Below, one piece after another: positions 21,302-29,619 of a DNA stretch of 64,000 nucleotides. The position numbers and the translations under genes were made by a program. The stretch spans positions 224,001 through 288,000 of the forward strand of contig CAWAMW010000007.1 of assembly GCA_963783305.1 (NCBI GenBank), read 5' to 3'. The first letter of the stretch is position 1. The number at the start of each line of letters is the position of its first letter. The stretch comes from an uncultured Gemmatimonadales bacterium (GTDB lineage: Bacteria; Gemmatimonadota; Gemmatimonadetes; Longimicrobiales; RSA9). Under the pieces are notes generated by a model. That model did no database searches. It had not been told where the DNA came from and saw only the letters and a program-made list of their open reading frames with translations.

Positions 21302-23166
21302 AGGGGATCATCGGCACGGCCGGACACATCGACCACGGGAAGACAGCGCTCATTGGTGCCTTGACGGGCGAGCGGACGGATCGACTGCCCGAGGAACAGC
21401 GTCGCGGGATCAGCATCGATCTGGGGTTCAGCCAGTTGGATCTGGACGGTGGGCGCCTGGGCGTCGTGGATGTGCCGGGGCACGAGGACTTCATCCGGAA
21501 CATGCTCGCCGGCGCCACCGGAATCGATGTTCTGCTGCTGGTGGTGGCCGCCGATGAAGGGGTCATGCCCCAGACGCGGGAGCACACCGCCATCGCCGAG
21601 CTCCTGGGGGTGGAGCGGGCGGTGGTAGCGCTCACGAAGGTCGATCTGGTGGACGACGACTGGCTCGGGCTCGTCCACGATGACGTCGCCGGATTCCTCG
21701 CCGACACCCCCTTCGCGGGGGCGCCCATGGTGACCACCTCCGCGACCACGGGTACAGGACTCGACGAGCTGCGAGAGACCATCGGCCGCGTGTTCCGGGG
21801 CGCCCGGGGCCACGCCGACGACCTGTTCCGGCTCCCGGTGGACCGGGCGTTCACGGTGCGCGGCACGGGCACCGTGGTGACGGGCACCGTGTGGAGCGGC
21901 CGTCTCGGCCGCGACGCGACCGTCCGCCTGCTGCCGGACGGACCCGACGCTCGCGTCCGCTCCCTTCAGGTCCACGGTCACGATGTGGACCGGGTGGAGG
22001 CCGGCGAGCGTGCGGCGATCGCCCTGGCCGGGATCGACCGCGACGAAGTGGAGCGGGGGATGACCCTGGTTGCGGAGCCCGGGTGGGATCCGGGGCATAT
22101 CCTCACGGTGCGGCTGCGGGTGCTCCCCGGCAGCGCGTGGAGCATCGAGGACCGGCAGCGGGTGCGTGTGCACCTCGGCACCGCCGAGGTCATGGCGCGA
22201 GCCGTCCTCGTGGACGGTCAGCGGGCGCTCGGGCCGGGCGGCGAGGGGTGGGCACAGCTGCGGCTCGAGGCGCCCCTTCTGGCCCGGGCCCGCGACCGCC
22301 TCGTGATCCGGTCCTATTCGCCCGTCACCACCATCGGCGGTGGCATCGTGGTGGAGCCCTCCGCGCCCCGCCGCAGCCATCTGTCCGACGCCGACGGCTC
22401 TCTGCTGCGGTCGCTGCTGGAGGGGGAGCCGGTGAGCGCCGTTCGCGCGCTGCTCGGCGCTGCCGGCGCGGCGGGCCTGGAGACCGCGCCGATCCCTGTG
22501 CTCACGGGTGCCCGTCCCGCTGTGGCGGCCAGCGCACTTCAGAACGCGGTCCGGGTGGGCGGGCGGGTGTACTCGGATGGGTCCCTCGATCGCGTTCGGC
22601 AGTGGCTGGTGGAGGAACTGGCGCGGTACCACGAGCGGCGCCGGCTCGACCCGGGGATGGATCCGGAGGCGCTCCGCCGCGCGTGCGCGGGGGCTGATCC
22701 CGCACTCGTGCAGCATGCGTTGGACGACCTGCTGGGAACGGGCGTCATGGAGTCGCGCGGGGGGCGGGTCGCTCTCGCGGAGTGGCGGGTCACGCTGTCG
22801 GACGACGAGGCGGCACTACGGGACCGGGTGATCACGGCGCTGGTCGACGCCGGGGCCGCGCCGCCGAGGCTGGACGAGCTCTCCGCGGCGCTGGGCGAGC
22901 CGCCCGAGATGGAAGCGATCGTCGGGCTCCTGGAGCGGGAGGGCCGCCTGGTGCGGCTCGAGCACGACCTGTTCGTGGACGCCACGGCGGTGGAGCGGCT
23001 GGTGGCGGCCGTCCGCGGCCGGTTCGCCGGCCGGTCGGACCTCAGTCCGGCCGATTTCCGTGAGGTGGTGGATGTCTCGCGGCGCCATCTCATGCCACTG
23101 CTGGCGTACCTGGACGCGGAGGGCGTCACGGTCCGGGGGGGAGACGGCCGGGCGGTGGTCGCATAG
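21298..23166 (+). CDS. selB: Selenocysteine-specific elongation factor
   Basis: GTAGHIDHGKT, TDRLPEEQRRGISIDLGF, DVPGHEDF; C-terminal winged helix SRRHLMPLL. Confidence 0.93.
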   Translation: MKGIIGTAGHIDHGKTALIGALTGERTDRLPEEQRRGISIDLGFSQLDLDGGRLGVVDVPGHEDFIRNMLAGATGIDVLLLVVAADEGVMPQTREHTAIAELLGVERAVVALTKVDLVDDDWLGLVHDDVAGFLADTPFAGAPMVTTSATTGTGLDELRETIGRVFRGARGHADDLFRLPVDRAFTVRGTGTVVTGTVWSGRLGRDATVRLLPDGPDARVRSLQVHGHDVDRVEAGERAAIALAGIDRDEVERGMTLVAEPGWDPGHILTVRLRVLPGSAWSIEDRQRVRVHLGTAEVMARAVLVDGQRALGPGGEGWAQLRLEAPLLARARDRLVIRSYSPVTTIGGGIVVEPSAPRRSHLSDADGSLLRSLLEGEPVSAVRALLGAAGAAGLETAPIPVLTGARPAVAASALQNAVRVGGRVYSDGSLDRVRQWLVEELARYHERRRLDPGMDPEALRRACAGADPALVQHALDDLLGTGVMESRGGRVALAEWRVTLSDDEAALRDRVITALVDAGAAPPRLDELSAALGEPPEMEAIVGLLEREGRLVRLEHDLFVDATAVERLVAAVRGRFAGRSDLSPADFREVVDVSRRHLMPLLAYLDAEGVTVRGGDGRAVVA

Positions 23167-23208
23167 GTCGGGTGCGGGTCTTGCACGGCAACTCGGCGCG
23201 GACCGGCC

Positions 23209-23238
23209 TTGACCACGGTGCGGGCGCCGCCGTAGTAT
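23209..23238 (+). promoter_or_regulatory. Putative sigma70 promoter
   Basis: TTGACC-18 bp-TAGTAT upstream of the 23325 gene. Confidence 0.45.
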
Positions 23239-23324
23239 GCAATACCGAATTCCACCAGGATCATTCGATCTGGAGGGCGATCGAACACTCTGTTACAGCA
23301 CAGCTGGATCGTGCGGAGAGGGCC

Positions 23325-23774
23325 ATGAGACGCCTCGCTTGGATTGGCGTCTTCTTCCTGGTACTCCTCGCGCTCCCCCCCCAAATGGTGGCTGCGCAGG
23401 ATACCGGGAGAGACGCAAACCCGGCCACCGATTCCGGCTTCGAGTTACAGCAGAATTATCCGAATCCGTTCAACCCCACGACCCGGATTCCCTTCGCGTT
23501 GCAGCCCAGCCTCTTCGCGGACGGTCGGCCGGTGGTGGTCACCATGCGGATCTTCAATGTTCTGCAGCAGCTCGTAGCTTTTCCCACGGCGTTGAACCAC
23601 CCCATGGGAAACGGGATGCCGGTCAGAGAGCTTACATACGAGTCGCCCGGCCAGAAGGAAGCCTTCTGGGACGGTACCGACCTGAACGGCCGCCAGGTCG
23701 CCTCGGGGATATACTATCTCCAGGTGATCGTGAACGGGCAACGACGCGTCATGCCGATGATCGTGTCGAAATAG
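23325..23774 (+). CDS. Secreted stand-alone FlgD-Ig / T9SS-CTD-like domain protein
   Basis: Signal peptide, then LQQNYPNPFNPTT and WDGTDLNGRQVASGIYY; 149 aa. Confidence 0.8.
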   Translation: MRRLAWIGVFFLVLLALPPQMVAAQDTGRDANPATDSGFELQQNYPNPFNPTTRIPFALQPSLFADGRPVVVTMRIFNVLQQLVAFPTALNHPMGNGMPVRELTYESPGQKEAFWDGTDLNGRQVASGIYYLQVIVNGQRRVMPMIVSK

Positions 23775-23822
23775 CCCGCGGCTCGCGGCGTCCGTCGAGG
23801 TCGAACGGAGGCGCAGAATGCC

Positions 23823-23860
23823 GAAGTGCCCTTCTCCGGAGCGGGGAAGGGCACTTCTTT
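23823..23860. terminator. Hairpin between convergent genes
   Basis: GAAGTGCCCTTC (23823-23834) pairs with GAAGGGCACTTC (23846-23857), followed by TTT. Confidence 0.7.
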
Positions 23861-23937
23861 GCAATGGTGCGGTCGGTCGGGCCGGGCGGGTGCCCGGAAG
23901 CGGGGCGCTGGCGGCCCGCACTCCATCGCCCGTTCGG

Positions 23938-24297
23938 CTACTGTATGAAGTAGAGGAACCGACCGCAGTGGGGACACGAGTTGAGTGCCCTCCGCTGCTC
24001 CGGATCGGAGGCGATGGCGGTGGCGACCGCAACGAAGCACCCATAGCAGGTACCGTTGATGGCCGGCACCACGACGCGGTTGAGGCTGCCGGCGAGCCGC
24101 TTGTACCGGCTGCTCGTCTGCGGGTCGAGCTCTCCCTCCACCTCGGCGATCTTCTCATCGAGCTGGACGACCGCCTGTTCGATGTCCAGCCCGAACTCCT
24201 CGGCCTGGACCTGCGAACCCGCGTCCTCCTGGAGGAGCTCACGCCGCTGGGCCTTCAGATCCTGGATCTGGAGCAGAATCTCTAGCTGGGGGTTCAT
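23938..24297 (-). CDS. C4-type zinc-ribbon domain protein
   Basis: Coiled coil, then CYGC...CPHCGRFLY. Confidence 0.85.
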   Translation of the reverse strand: MNPQLEILLQIQDLKAQRRELLQEDAGSQVQAEEFGLDIEQAVVQLDEKIAEVEGELDPQTSSRYKRLAGSLNRVVVPAINGTCYGCFVAVATAIASDPEQRRALNSCPHCGRFLYFIQ

Positions 24298-24306
24298 GGA
24301 TCGCTC

Positions 24307-24759
24307 CTAGATCGACTTCTCTTCGAGGAGGGCCAGGAAGTCCTTGGAGGCCTGGATCTCACCCAGGCGCTGGGGGACGTCCGGCTCCTTGGCGAACTGC
24401 GCGATCTTCCCCAGGACGGGCAGGTACTGGTTGCTGACCTCCAGCGGGGGCGCCACGATCAGGAAAAAGTGGTGCACGGGCTCGTCGTCAATGGCGTTGT
24501 AGTCGACGCCCGCCGGCTTGCGACCGAACGCGATCCGGAGCCGGTTGACGACCAGCGATCGGCAGTGGGGGATCGCGATCCCGCGACCGATCCCGGTGGA
24601 GCCGAGGTTCTCGCGTCGCTTGAGCATCTTGAAGAGGATGCCTTCGCTCTTTTCGTCGAGGGCCAGGAGGGCGATCAGCTCCTTGAGGATCTCGTCCTTG
24701 GTCTCGCCCTTCAGGTCCAGCTCGACGACGTCTGTATCGAAAAAGTCTCGCAATATCAT
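24307..24759 (-). CDS. ptsN: PTS EIIA of the Ntr/fructose type
   Basis: RENLGSTGIGRGIAIPH; start at MILRDFF. Confidence 0.85.
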   Translation of the reverse strand: MILRDFFDTDVVELDLKGETKDEILKELIALLALDEKSEGILFKMLKRRENLGSTGIGRGIAIPHCRSLVVNRLRIAFGRKPAGVDYNAIDDEPVHHFFLIVAPPLEVSNQYLPVLGKIAQFAKEPDVPQRLGEIQASKDFLALLEEKSI

Positions 24760-24791
24760 TTCATATCTCCTGTGCCGCGTGAGAGCGCGGA

Positions 24792-24820
24792 AACATAAGG
24801 ACACGTGGAAACAGTGTCAA
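24792..24820 (-). promoter_or_regulatory. Putative sigma70 promoter for ptsN
   Basis: Minus strand TTGACA-17 bp-TATGTT. Confidence 0.55.
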
Positions 24821-24838
24821 AGCGCGGGGCTGGCTTGA

Positions 24839-24867
24839 TTGAACGACTTTTCCTCCCCTGTTAGATT
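24839..24867 (+). promoter_or_regulatory. Putative sigma70 promoter for dusB (possibly leaderless)
   Basis: TTGAAC-17 bp-TAGATT; the ATG begins 7 nt after the -10 box. Confidence 0.5.
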
Positions 24868-24873
24868 CGTGCC

Positions 24874-25878
24874 ATGGACGCCCTCACTCGCCTGTTCGAC
24901 AGGGAACGCACCCCGCTGTATCTCGCGCCGCAGGCGGGCGTGAGCGAATCGCCCTTCCGGCGGCTCTGCCGCGGCTTCGGGGCGGACGTGGTGGTGAGCG
25001 AGTTCGTGAGCGCGGAGGGGCTGCGTCGGGGCAGCGGCCGGACGCACGAGTATCTGCGCTTCGAGGAGGCTGAGCGGCCCATCGGCGTGCAGATCTTTGG
25101 CGGTGACCCGGGCGCCATGGCAGAGGCGGCGGCGCTTGTCGAGGAGTTGTACGCCCCCGATTTCCTCGACATCAACTTCGGCTGTCCGGTCAAGAAGGTG
25201 GTGAAGCGGAACGGTGGATCCGGGTGCCTGCGGGACCTGGACCTGGTGCAGTCGATCATCCGCGCGGTGTCCGACGCCATCCAGATTCCGACCACGGTCA
25301 AGATCCGGAGCGGCTGGAGCGAGGAGCTGCGCGACCCGGTGGCGATCGCGCTGCGCTGTCAGGAGGCGGGGGCCCGGGTGCTCACGCTGCACGCCCGGAC
25401 GCGGACCCAGATGTACTCGGGAGAAGCTGACTGGTGTGAGATCCGGGACGTGGTCGAGGCGCTGGAGATCCCGGTCGTGGGCAACGGCGACGTACGGAGC
25501 GGCGAGGATGCGCTGCGCATGCGCGAGGAGACCGGGTGCGCCGGGATCATGATTGCCCGCGCGTCCCACGGTCGACCGTGGATCTTCCGCCAGGCGCGGG
25601 CGGCGCTGGACGGTCAACCGATCCCGGCGGACCCCGGTGTCGAGGAGCGGTTCCAGATTGCGCTGGAGCACGCTCGCAATGCGATCGCGTTCGAGCGGGA
25701 CGAGCGCCGCGCGATGCTGGAGTTCCGGAAGCACCTGGGGTGGTACACGAAGGGGCTGCCCGACGGTCGCACGCTGCGCCAGGAGCTCTTCCAGGTCACC
25801 TCTCTGGAGGACGTGCGGGACCGCCTGGCGGGATACGCGGGCCTGACGGAGTCCGAGTCGGAGTCCATCGCCGCGTGA
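24874..25878 (+). CDS. dusB: tRNA dihydrouridine synthase
   Basis: LAPQAG, DINFGCP, TVKIRSG, LHART, NGDV, RKHLGWY. Confidence 0.9.
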   Translation: MDALTRLFDRERTPLYLAPQAGVSESPFRRLCRGFGADVVVSEFVSAEGLRRGSGRTHEYLRFEEAERPIGVQIFGGDPGAMAEAAALVEELYAPDFLDINFGCPVKKVVKRNGGSGCLRDLDLVQSIIRAVSDAIQIPTTVKIRSGWSEELRDPVAIALRCQEAGARVLTLHARTRTQMYSGEADWCEIRDVVEALEIPVVGNGDVRSGEDALRMREETGCAGIMIARASHGRPWIFRQARAALDGQPIPADPGVEERFQIALEHARNAIAFERDERRAMLEFRKHLGWYTKGLPDGRTLRQELFQVTSLEDVRDRLAGYAGLTESESESIAA

Positions 25879-26657
25879 AGGACCGCGTCCTCGATCTCCT
25901 GGCGCGCGTGGCCGCGGGGCAGGCCTCGCCCACGGAGGCGCTGGAGCGGCTGTCCTGGCTGCCGATGGAGGAAGTGGGGGAGGACGGCGCCGCTCCCTTC
26001 GCCCGACTCGACCACCACCGCGCGCTTCGGCAGGGGCATCCGGAAGTGGTCTTCGGGCCGGGGAAGACGCAGCCGCAGCTCCTGGAGATCTGCCGTCGAT
26101 TCCATGACCGGGGGGAGGGGTTTCTGGTCACCCGGCTGGAGGCCGCGGACCTGGACGCGCTTTCTGCAGAGTTCTCCGGCGGCTCGGCGAGCCACGAGGG
26201 GCGCACCTTTCACATGCCGCGACCGGATGCCCCGCCCCCTTCCGGGCTCGGGACGGTACTCGTCGTGAGCGGTGGGACGGGGGACGTACCCGTGGCTGAA
26301 GAGGCGGCGGTCACGGCCGGCGCGTTCGGCAACCCCGTGGACCGGCTGTACAATGTGGGGGTCGCGGGGATCCACCGCGTCCTCGGCGAGGCGGCGCGGC
26401 TGCGGGAGGCAGCGGTCGTGATCGTCGTGGCCGGTATGGAGGGAGCGCTGCCCTCGGTGGTGGGCGGGATGGTGGGCGCCCCCGTCATTGCTGTTCCCAC
26501 CAGTGTGGGCTACGGCGCCGCGTTCGGCGGAATCGCAGCGCTGCTGGGCATGCTCAACAGCTGCGCGGCCGGCGTCACGGTCGTCAACATCGACAACGGC
26601 TTCGGCGCCGCCGTGGCCGCGACCCGCATCAACCAGGCGGCCGGGACCGGTCGGTGA
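25875..26657 (+). CDS. larB: Nickel-pincer cofactor biosynthesis carboxylase LarB (PurE-like)
   Basis: RLDHHR..PEVVFGPGKT, AGMEGALPS, PTSVGYG, VVNIDNGFGA. Confidence 0.9.
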   Translation: MKDRVLDLLARVAAGQASPTEALERLSWLPMEEVGEDGAAPFARLDHHRALRQGHPEVVFGPGKTQPQLLEICRRFHDRGEGFLVTRLEAADLDALSAEFSGGSASHEGRTFHMPRPDAPPPSGLGTVLVVSGGTGDVPVAEEAAVTAGAFGNPVDRLYNVGVAGIHRVLGEAARLREAAVVIVVAGMEGALPSVVGGMVGAPVIAVPTSVGYGAAFGGIAALLGMLNSCAAGVTVVNIDNGFGAAVAATRINQAAGTGR

Positions 26658-28408
26658 ACATCGGGCGCCGTTCCCTCGTCCTGCCGGCGGTTCTCGTGGC
26701 CGGCTGGGGGCTGTTTTCCGTCCCGCACGGCCTCACCGGGCTGGACCTGCTTGCGGGGCTGGCCGCGGCGGGCGTCGGAATCTTCGCCGGAACCCTGTGG
26801 CCGCGGCTGCACGATGGCGCGCGCCGCTCCCTGGCCATCACTGAAGACCTCCTGGGAGACGAGGAGACGCCGGTCTCGACGTCGGTCGACCCCGATGCCC
26901 GCGGGACTCCCGAGGGGGGCGGGGCAGAACCGGTCGATGAAGACCATCGGAGACTCGATCCGCACGCCGCTCCGGACAGCATGGCCGCCGTCCTGGGTCA
27001 CCTGCGGCAGCTCCTGGGCGCCACCCGTCTGGTAGTATGGCGGGTGGACCGGGCTGCGGACGTGGTCGAGCCGGAGCACGCGGCGGGTGGGCCGCTTCCT
27101 CCCGGTACGCCCGCCGCCGGCAGTCCCCTGGTGTGGGCGATGGAGGAGCGGAGCACGCTCCGCCTCGAGGCCGCTCCCCGCTGGGCGGATGGGCCCGTGA
27201 TGGCCGTTCCCGTGGTGGACGGCCGGGTGCTCACGCTCGAGCTGCCCCTGGGCGAGATCGCGGCGGGCAGCGGACCGGATGCGGGCGCCGTCGATTTCGC
27301 TTCGGGCGTACTCGGCCCTTTCCTCCGGCTGCATGACCAGCAGAACCGGGCCGTGGCCGCCACTCTGAGGTTCGATCGATTGGTGGACTTTCTTCGATCG
27401 GTCTCCAGCGAGAACGAGTCCTCCGCCGCGCCCGCTGCGCTGGCCCGGGCCGCCCTCGAGATCGCCGGCGGCGTGGGCGCTCTGGTGGCCACGTGGGAGG
27501 GCGACGCCGGCGTGGTGCTGGTGACCGAGGGCGCGGGAGGGGGCCCGCGCCCCGGAAGGCGGTTCGCCGTTCTCGATGGGGATCTCGCCCACGCGGCGCG
27601 GACCCGCGCAACGGTTCGACGGGAGCCGGGCGAGCCCCAGCGGCCGGACCTGGCGGGCCCCGATGAGCGGTGGGAACGTGGGAGCGCGTCGTACCGGACC
27701 GTCGTACCCCTCGTCGAACCCCGGGGTGAGACAGCGGGCCTCCTGGCCTTGTGGGGCACGACGCCCCCCGCCGAGCAGGGGATCGCGCTGCTCGAAGCGA
27801 TCGCGCCCCTTCTGGCCCTGCAGATCCGCCAGGCGGATGACCTGGAGCACTACCGGCTGCGCGCTTCGGAGGATCCCCTGACCGCCCTCGCGAACCGCGC
27901 GGCGCTCGAGGACCGCATGGTCGACGAGCGGGCGCGATTCCACCGCTACCGCCGGCCGCTGTCGCTGCTCGTGGTGGACCTCGACCGCTTCAAGGCCGTC
28001 AATGACACCCATGGCCACGAGGCCGGTGACGCCATCCTGCGCAGGGTCGCCGAGGCGATCCGGGGCGCGGTCCGGGACGTGGACTTCGCCGCGCGCTTCG
28101 GAGGCGAGGAGCTCGTCGTTCTTCTGCCGGAGACCATGCTGCGCGCCGCCGTGGAAGTGGCCGAGCGCGTGCGTGCCGCCGTGGAGGGAACGCCGCTGAT
28201 CTTCGAGGGCGTCCCGATCCCCGTTACAGCCTCCATCGGAGTCAGCGCCTGCCCCGAGTGCGCAGAGGATCCCGACGGCCTGTTCGCCAGCGCCGATCAG
28301 GCACTGTACGCCGCGAAAGAGAGTGGTCGCAACCGTGTGGTCGCGGCCTCCGTCGGCGTGGCGTCGGGAGGCGTCGGGGGCGAGGAATCGGGCGGGGACG
28401 GGGGTTGA
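26654..28408 (+). CDS. Membrane-anchored diguanylate cyclase with GAF-like sensory region
   Basis: Two N-terminal hydrophobic segments; DLDRFKAVNDTHGH, RDVD I-site, GGEEL active site. Confidence 0.88.
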   Translation: MNIGRRSLVLPAVLVAGWGLFSVPHGLTGLDLLAGLAAAGVGIFAGTLWPRLHDGARRSLAITEDLLGDEETPVSTSVDPDARGTPEGGGAEPVDEDHRRLDPHAAPDSMAAVLGHLRQLLGATRLVVWRVDRAADVVEPEHAAGGPLPPGTPAAGSPLVWAMEERSTLRLEAAPRWADGPVMAVPVVDGRVLTLELPLGEIAAGSGPDAGAVDFASGVLGPFLRLHDQQNRAVAATLRFDRLVDFLRSVSSENESSAAPAALARAALEIAGGVGALVATWEGDAGVVLVTEGAGGGPRPGRRFAVLDGDLAHAARTRATVRREPGEPQRPDLAGPDERWERGSASYRTVVPLVEPRGETAGLLALWGTTPPAEQGIALLEAIAPLLALQIRQADDLEHYRLRASEDPLTALANRAALEDRMVDERARFHRYRRPLSLLVVDLDRFKAVNDTHGHEAGDAILRRVAEAIRGAVRDVDFAARFGGEELVVLLPETMLRAAVEVAERVRAAVEGTPLIFEGVPIPVTASIGVSACPECAEDPDGLFASADQALYAAKESGRNRVVAASVGVASGGVGGEESGGDGG

Positions 28409-28433
28409 GCTCCAGCCCTTCCTTCGCTATACT
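28405..28433 (+). promoter_or_regulatory. ssrA sigma70 promoter
   Basis: TTGAGC-17 bp-TATACT, ending 9 nt before the tmRNA 5' end. Confidence 0.75.
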
Positions 28434-28442
28434 TTCGGGTCC

Positions 28443-28813
28443 GGGGCCGACCTGGATTCGACGTGTTTAGTAAAGTCGGCGTTGCGTGCCGAGGTGTCCG
28501 TTACCTCGTAAAACAGCGGAACAACTCACAAGTGCCAACGATAACATGGCGCTGGCTGCGTAAGTAACCTAGTTACTTAGCTCGTAGCCCGTTTGGTGTG
28601 GGAGCCCGCCCGAGGCGCCCCTCCAGACGACGACTGATTCGGGCTGGCTCCTCGGTGAGGCCACCGCACCAGGAGCGAGAATTCAGAGTGGCTGGCTCGT
28701 GAACGGCCGTCCGTCGTGCCAATGATCGGGTGAGAAAAAAAGAAGGCGGACTACGCACGTAGAAGCGCTGAGGGATCTATTCGCGGACGCGGGTTCGACT
28801 CCCGCCGGCTCCA
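28443..28813 (+). ncRNA. ssrA: tmRNA
   Basis: 5' GGGGCCGACCTGGATTCGAC; 3' GGGTTCGACTCCCGCCGGCTCCA; acceptor stem with G3:U70; tag ORF ANDNMALAA* at 28534-28563; terminal CCA not encoded. Confidence 0.97.
28793..28813 (+). repeat. att core copy 1 (tmRNA 3' end)
   Basis: GTTCGACTCCCGCCGGCTCCA, identical at 30719, 42977 and 45557. Confidence 0.95.
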
Positions 28814-28847
28814 CTTGAGGAAGTAGGGCAGGGGCAAAGTACAGAAG

Positions 28848-28887
28848 CGGCGGAGTGAGGCGAAAAATCTCACTCCGCCGTCTCTTT
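28848..28887 (+). terminator. Terminator hairpin after the tmRNA (cassette 1 copy)
   Basis: CGGCGGAGTGAG / CTCACTCCGCCG 12-bp stem, then TCTCTTT. Confidence 0.85.
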
Positions 28888-28960
28888 GTACAGGACACCC
28901 ACCCTCTGTCAGCGCCAGGAGCAGAGCACCCGAGGACAGGTGATCGCTGCGGAGTGGCGT

Positions 28961-29006
28961 GTTGTGATTACTCGTTATATCTTGTCAAAAAACGTGTAAC
29001 CACAAC
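28961..29006. promoter_or_regulatory. Inverted repeat in the abiE promoter (probable AbiEi operator)
   Basis: GTTGTGATTACTCGTT / AACGTGTAACCACAAC, 14 of 16 complementary, ending 10 nt before the ATG. Confidence 0.7.
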
Positions 29007-29016
29007 TCATCGACCG

Positions 29017-29619
29017 ATGCCTGAAACCAAGACAGAACGCCTACTTCAGCTGGTAAGGGAGCGGGGCCTCGTGCGCGCTCGCGAGGTCGCAGCGGCGGGC
29101 TATCCGACCGCACTGCTATACCGGCTACGGGACCGCGGAGAACTCGAACAGGTGGGGCCCGGACTGTTCCGCGATCCAGACGCGGATCTCACGGAGCGGC
29201 ACTCCTATGCGGAGGTGGCGAAGCTGGTGCCTGCCGGCGTGATCTGTCTGCTCTCCGCTCTCTCCTTTCACGAAATCGGCACGCAGAACCCGTGGCAGGT
29301 CTGGATCGCCCTCGAGAAAGGGAGCCAGCGGCCCCGTTCCCCAGGACTTCCGCTCAAGACCGTCTGGTTCTCGGGTGACGCCATGGAGGAGGGGGTGGAG
29401 CGCCACGAGGTCGAGGGCGTCGACGTGCGAGTGTTCTCTGCGGCGAAGACGGTAGCGGATCTCTTCAAGTTCAGGAACAAGGTGGGCGTGGATGTGGCAA
29501 TCGAAGCGCTTCGGGAGGGCCTGGAGCGCCGAATCTTTAGCCGCGACCAGATTCTACATTTCGCTCGGATCTGCCGGGTCGAGCGGGTCATGAAGCCGTA
29601 TCTGCAGGCCCTCTCGTGA
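29017..29619 (+). CDS. Type IV TA antitoxin, AbiEi family
   Basis: N-terminal HTH with GELEQVGPGLF, ICLLSALSFHEI, KTVADLFKFRNKVG. Confidence 0.9.
   Translation: MPETKTERLLQLVRERGLVRAREVAAAGYPTALLYRLRDRGELEQVGPGLFRDPDADLTERHSYAEVAKLVPAGVICLLSALSFHEIGTQNPWQVWIALEKGSQRPRSPGLPLKTVWFSGDAMEEGVERHEVEGVDVRVFSAAKTVADLFKFRNKVGVDVAIEALREGLERRIFSRDQILHFARICRVERVMKPYLQALS

Noticed and set aside
21298..23320. selC tRNA or a selenoprotein gene near selB
   Set aside because: No tRNA-Sec structure and no convincing in-frame UGA within a redox motif was seen in the window.
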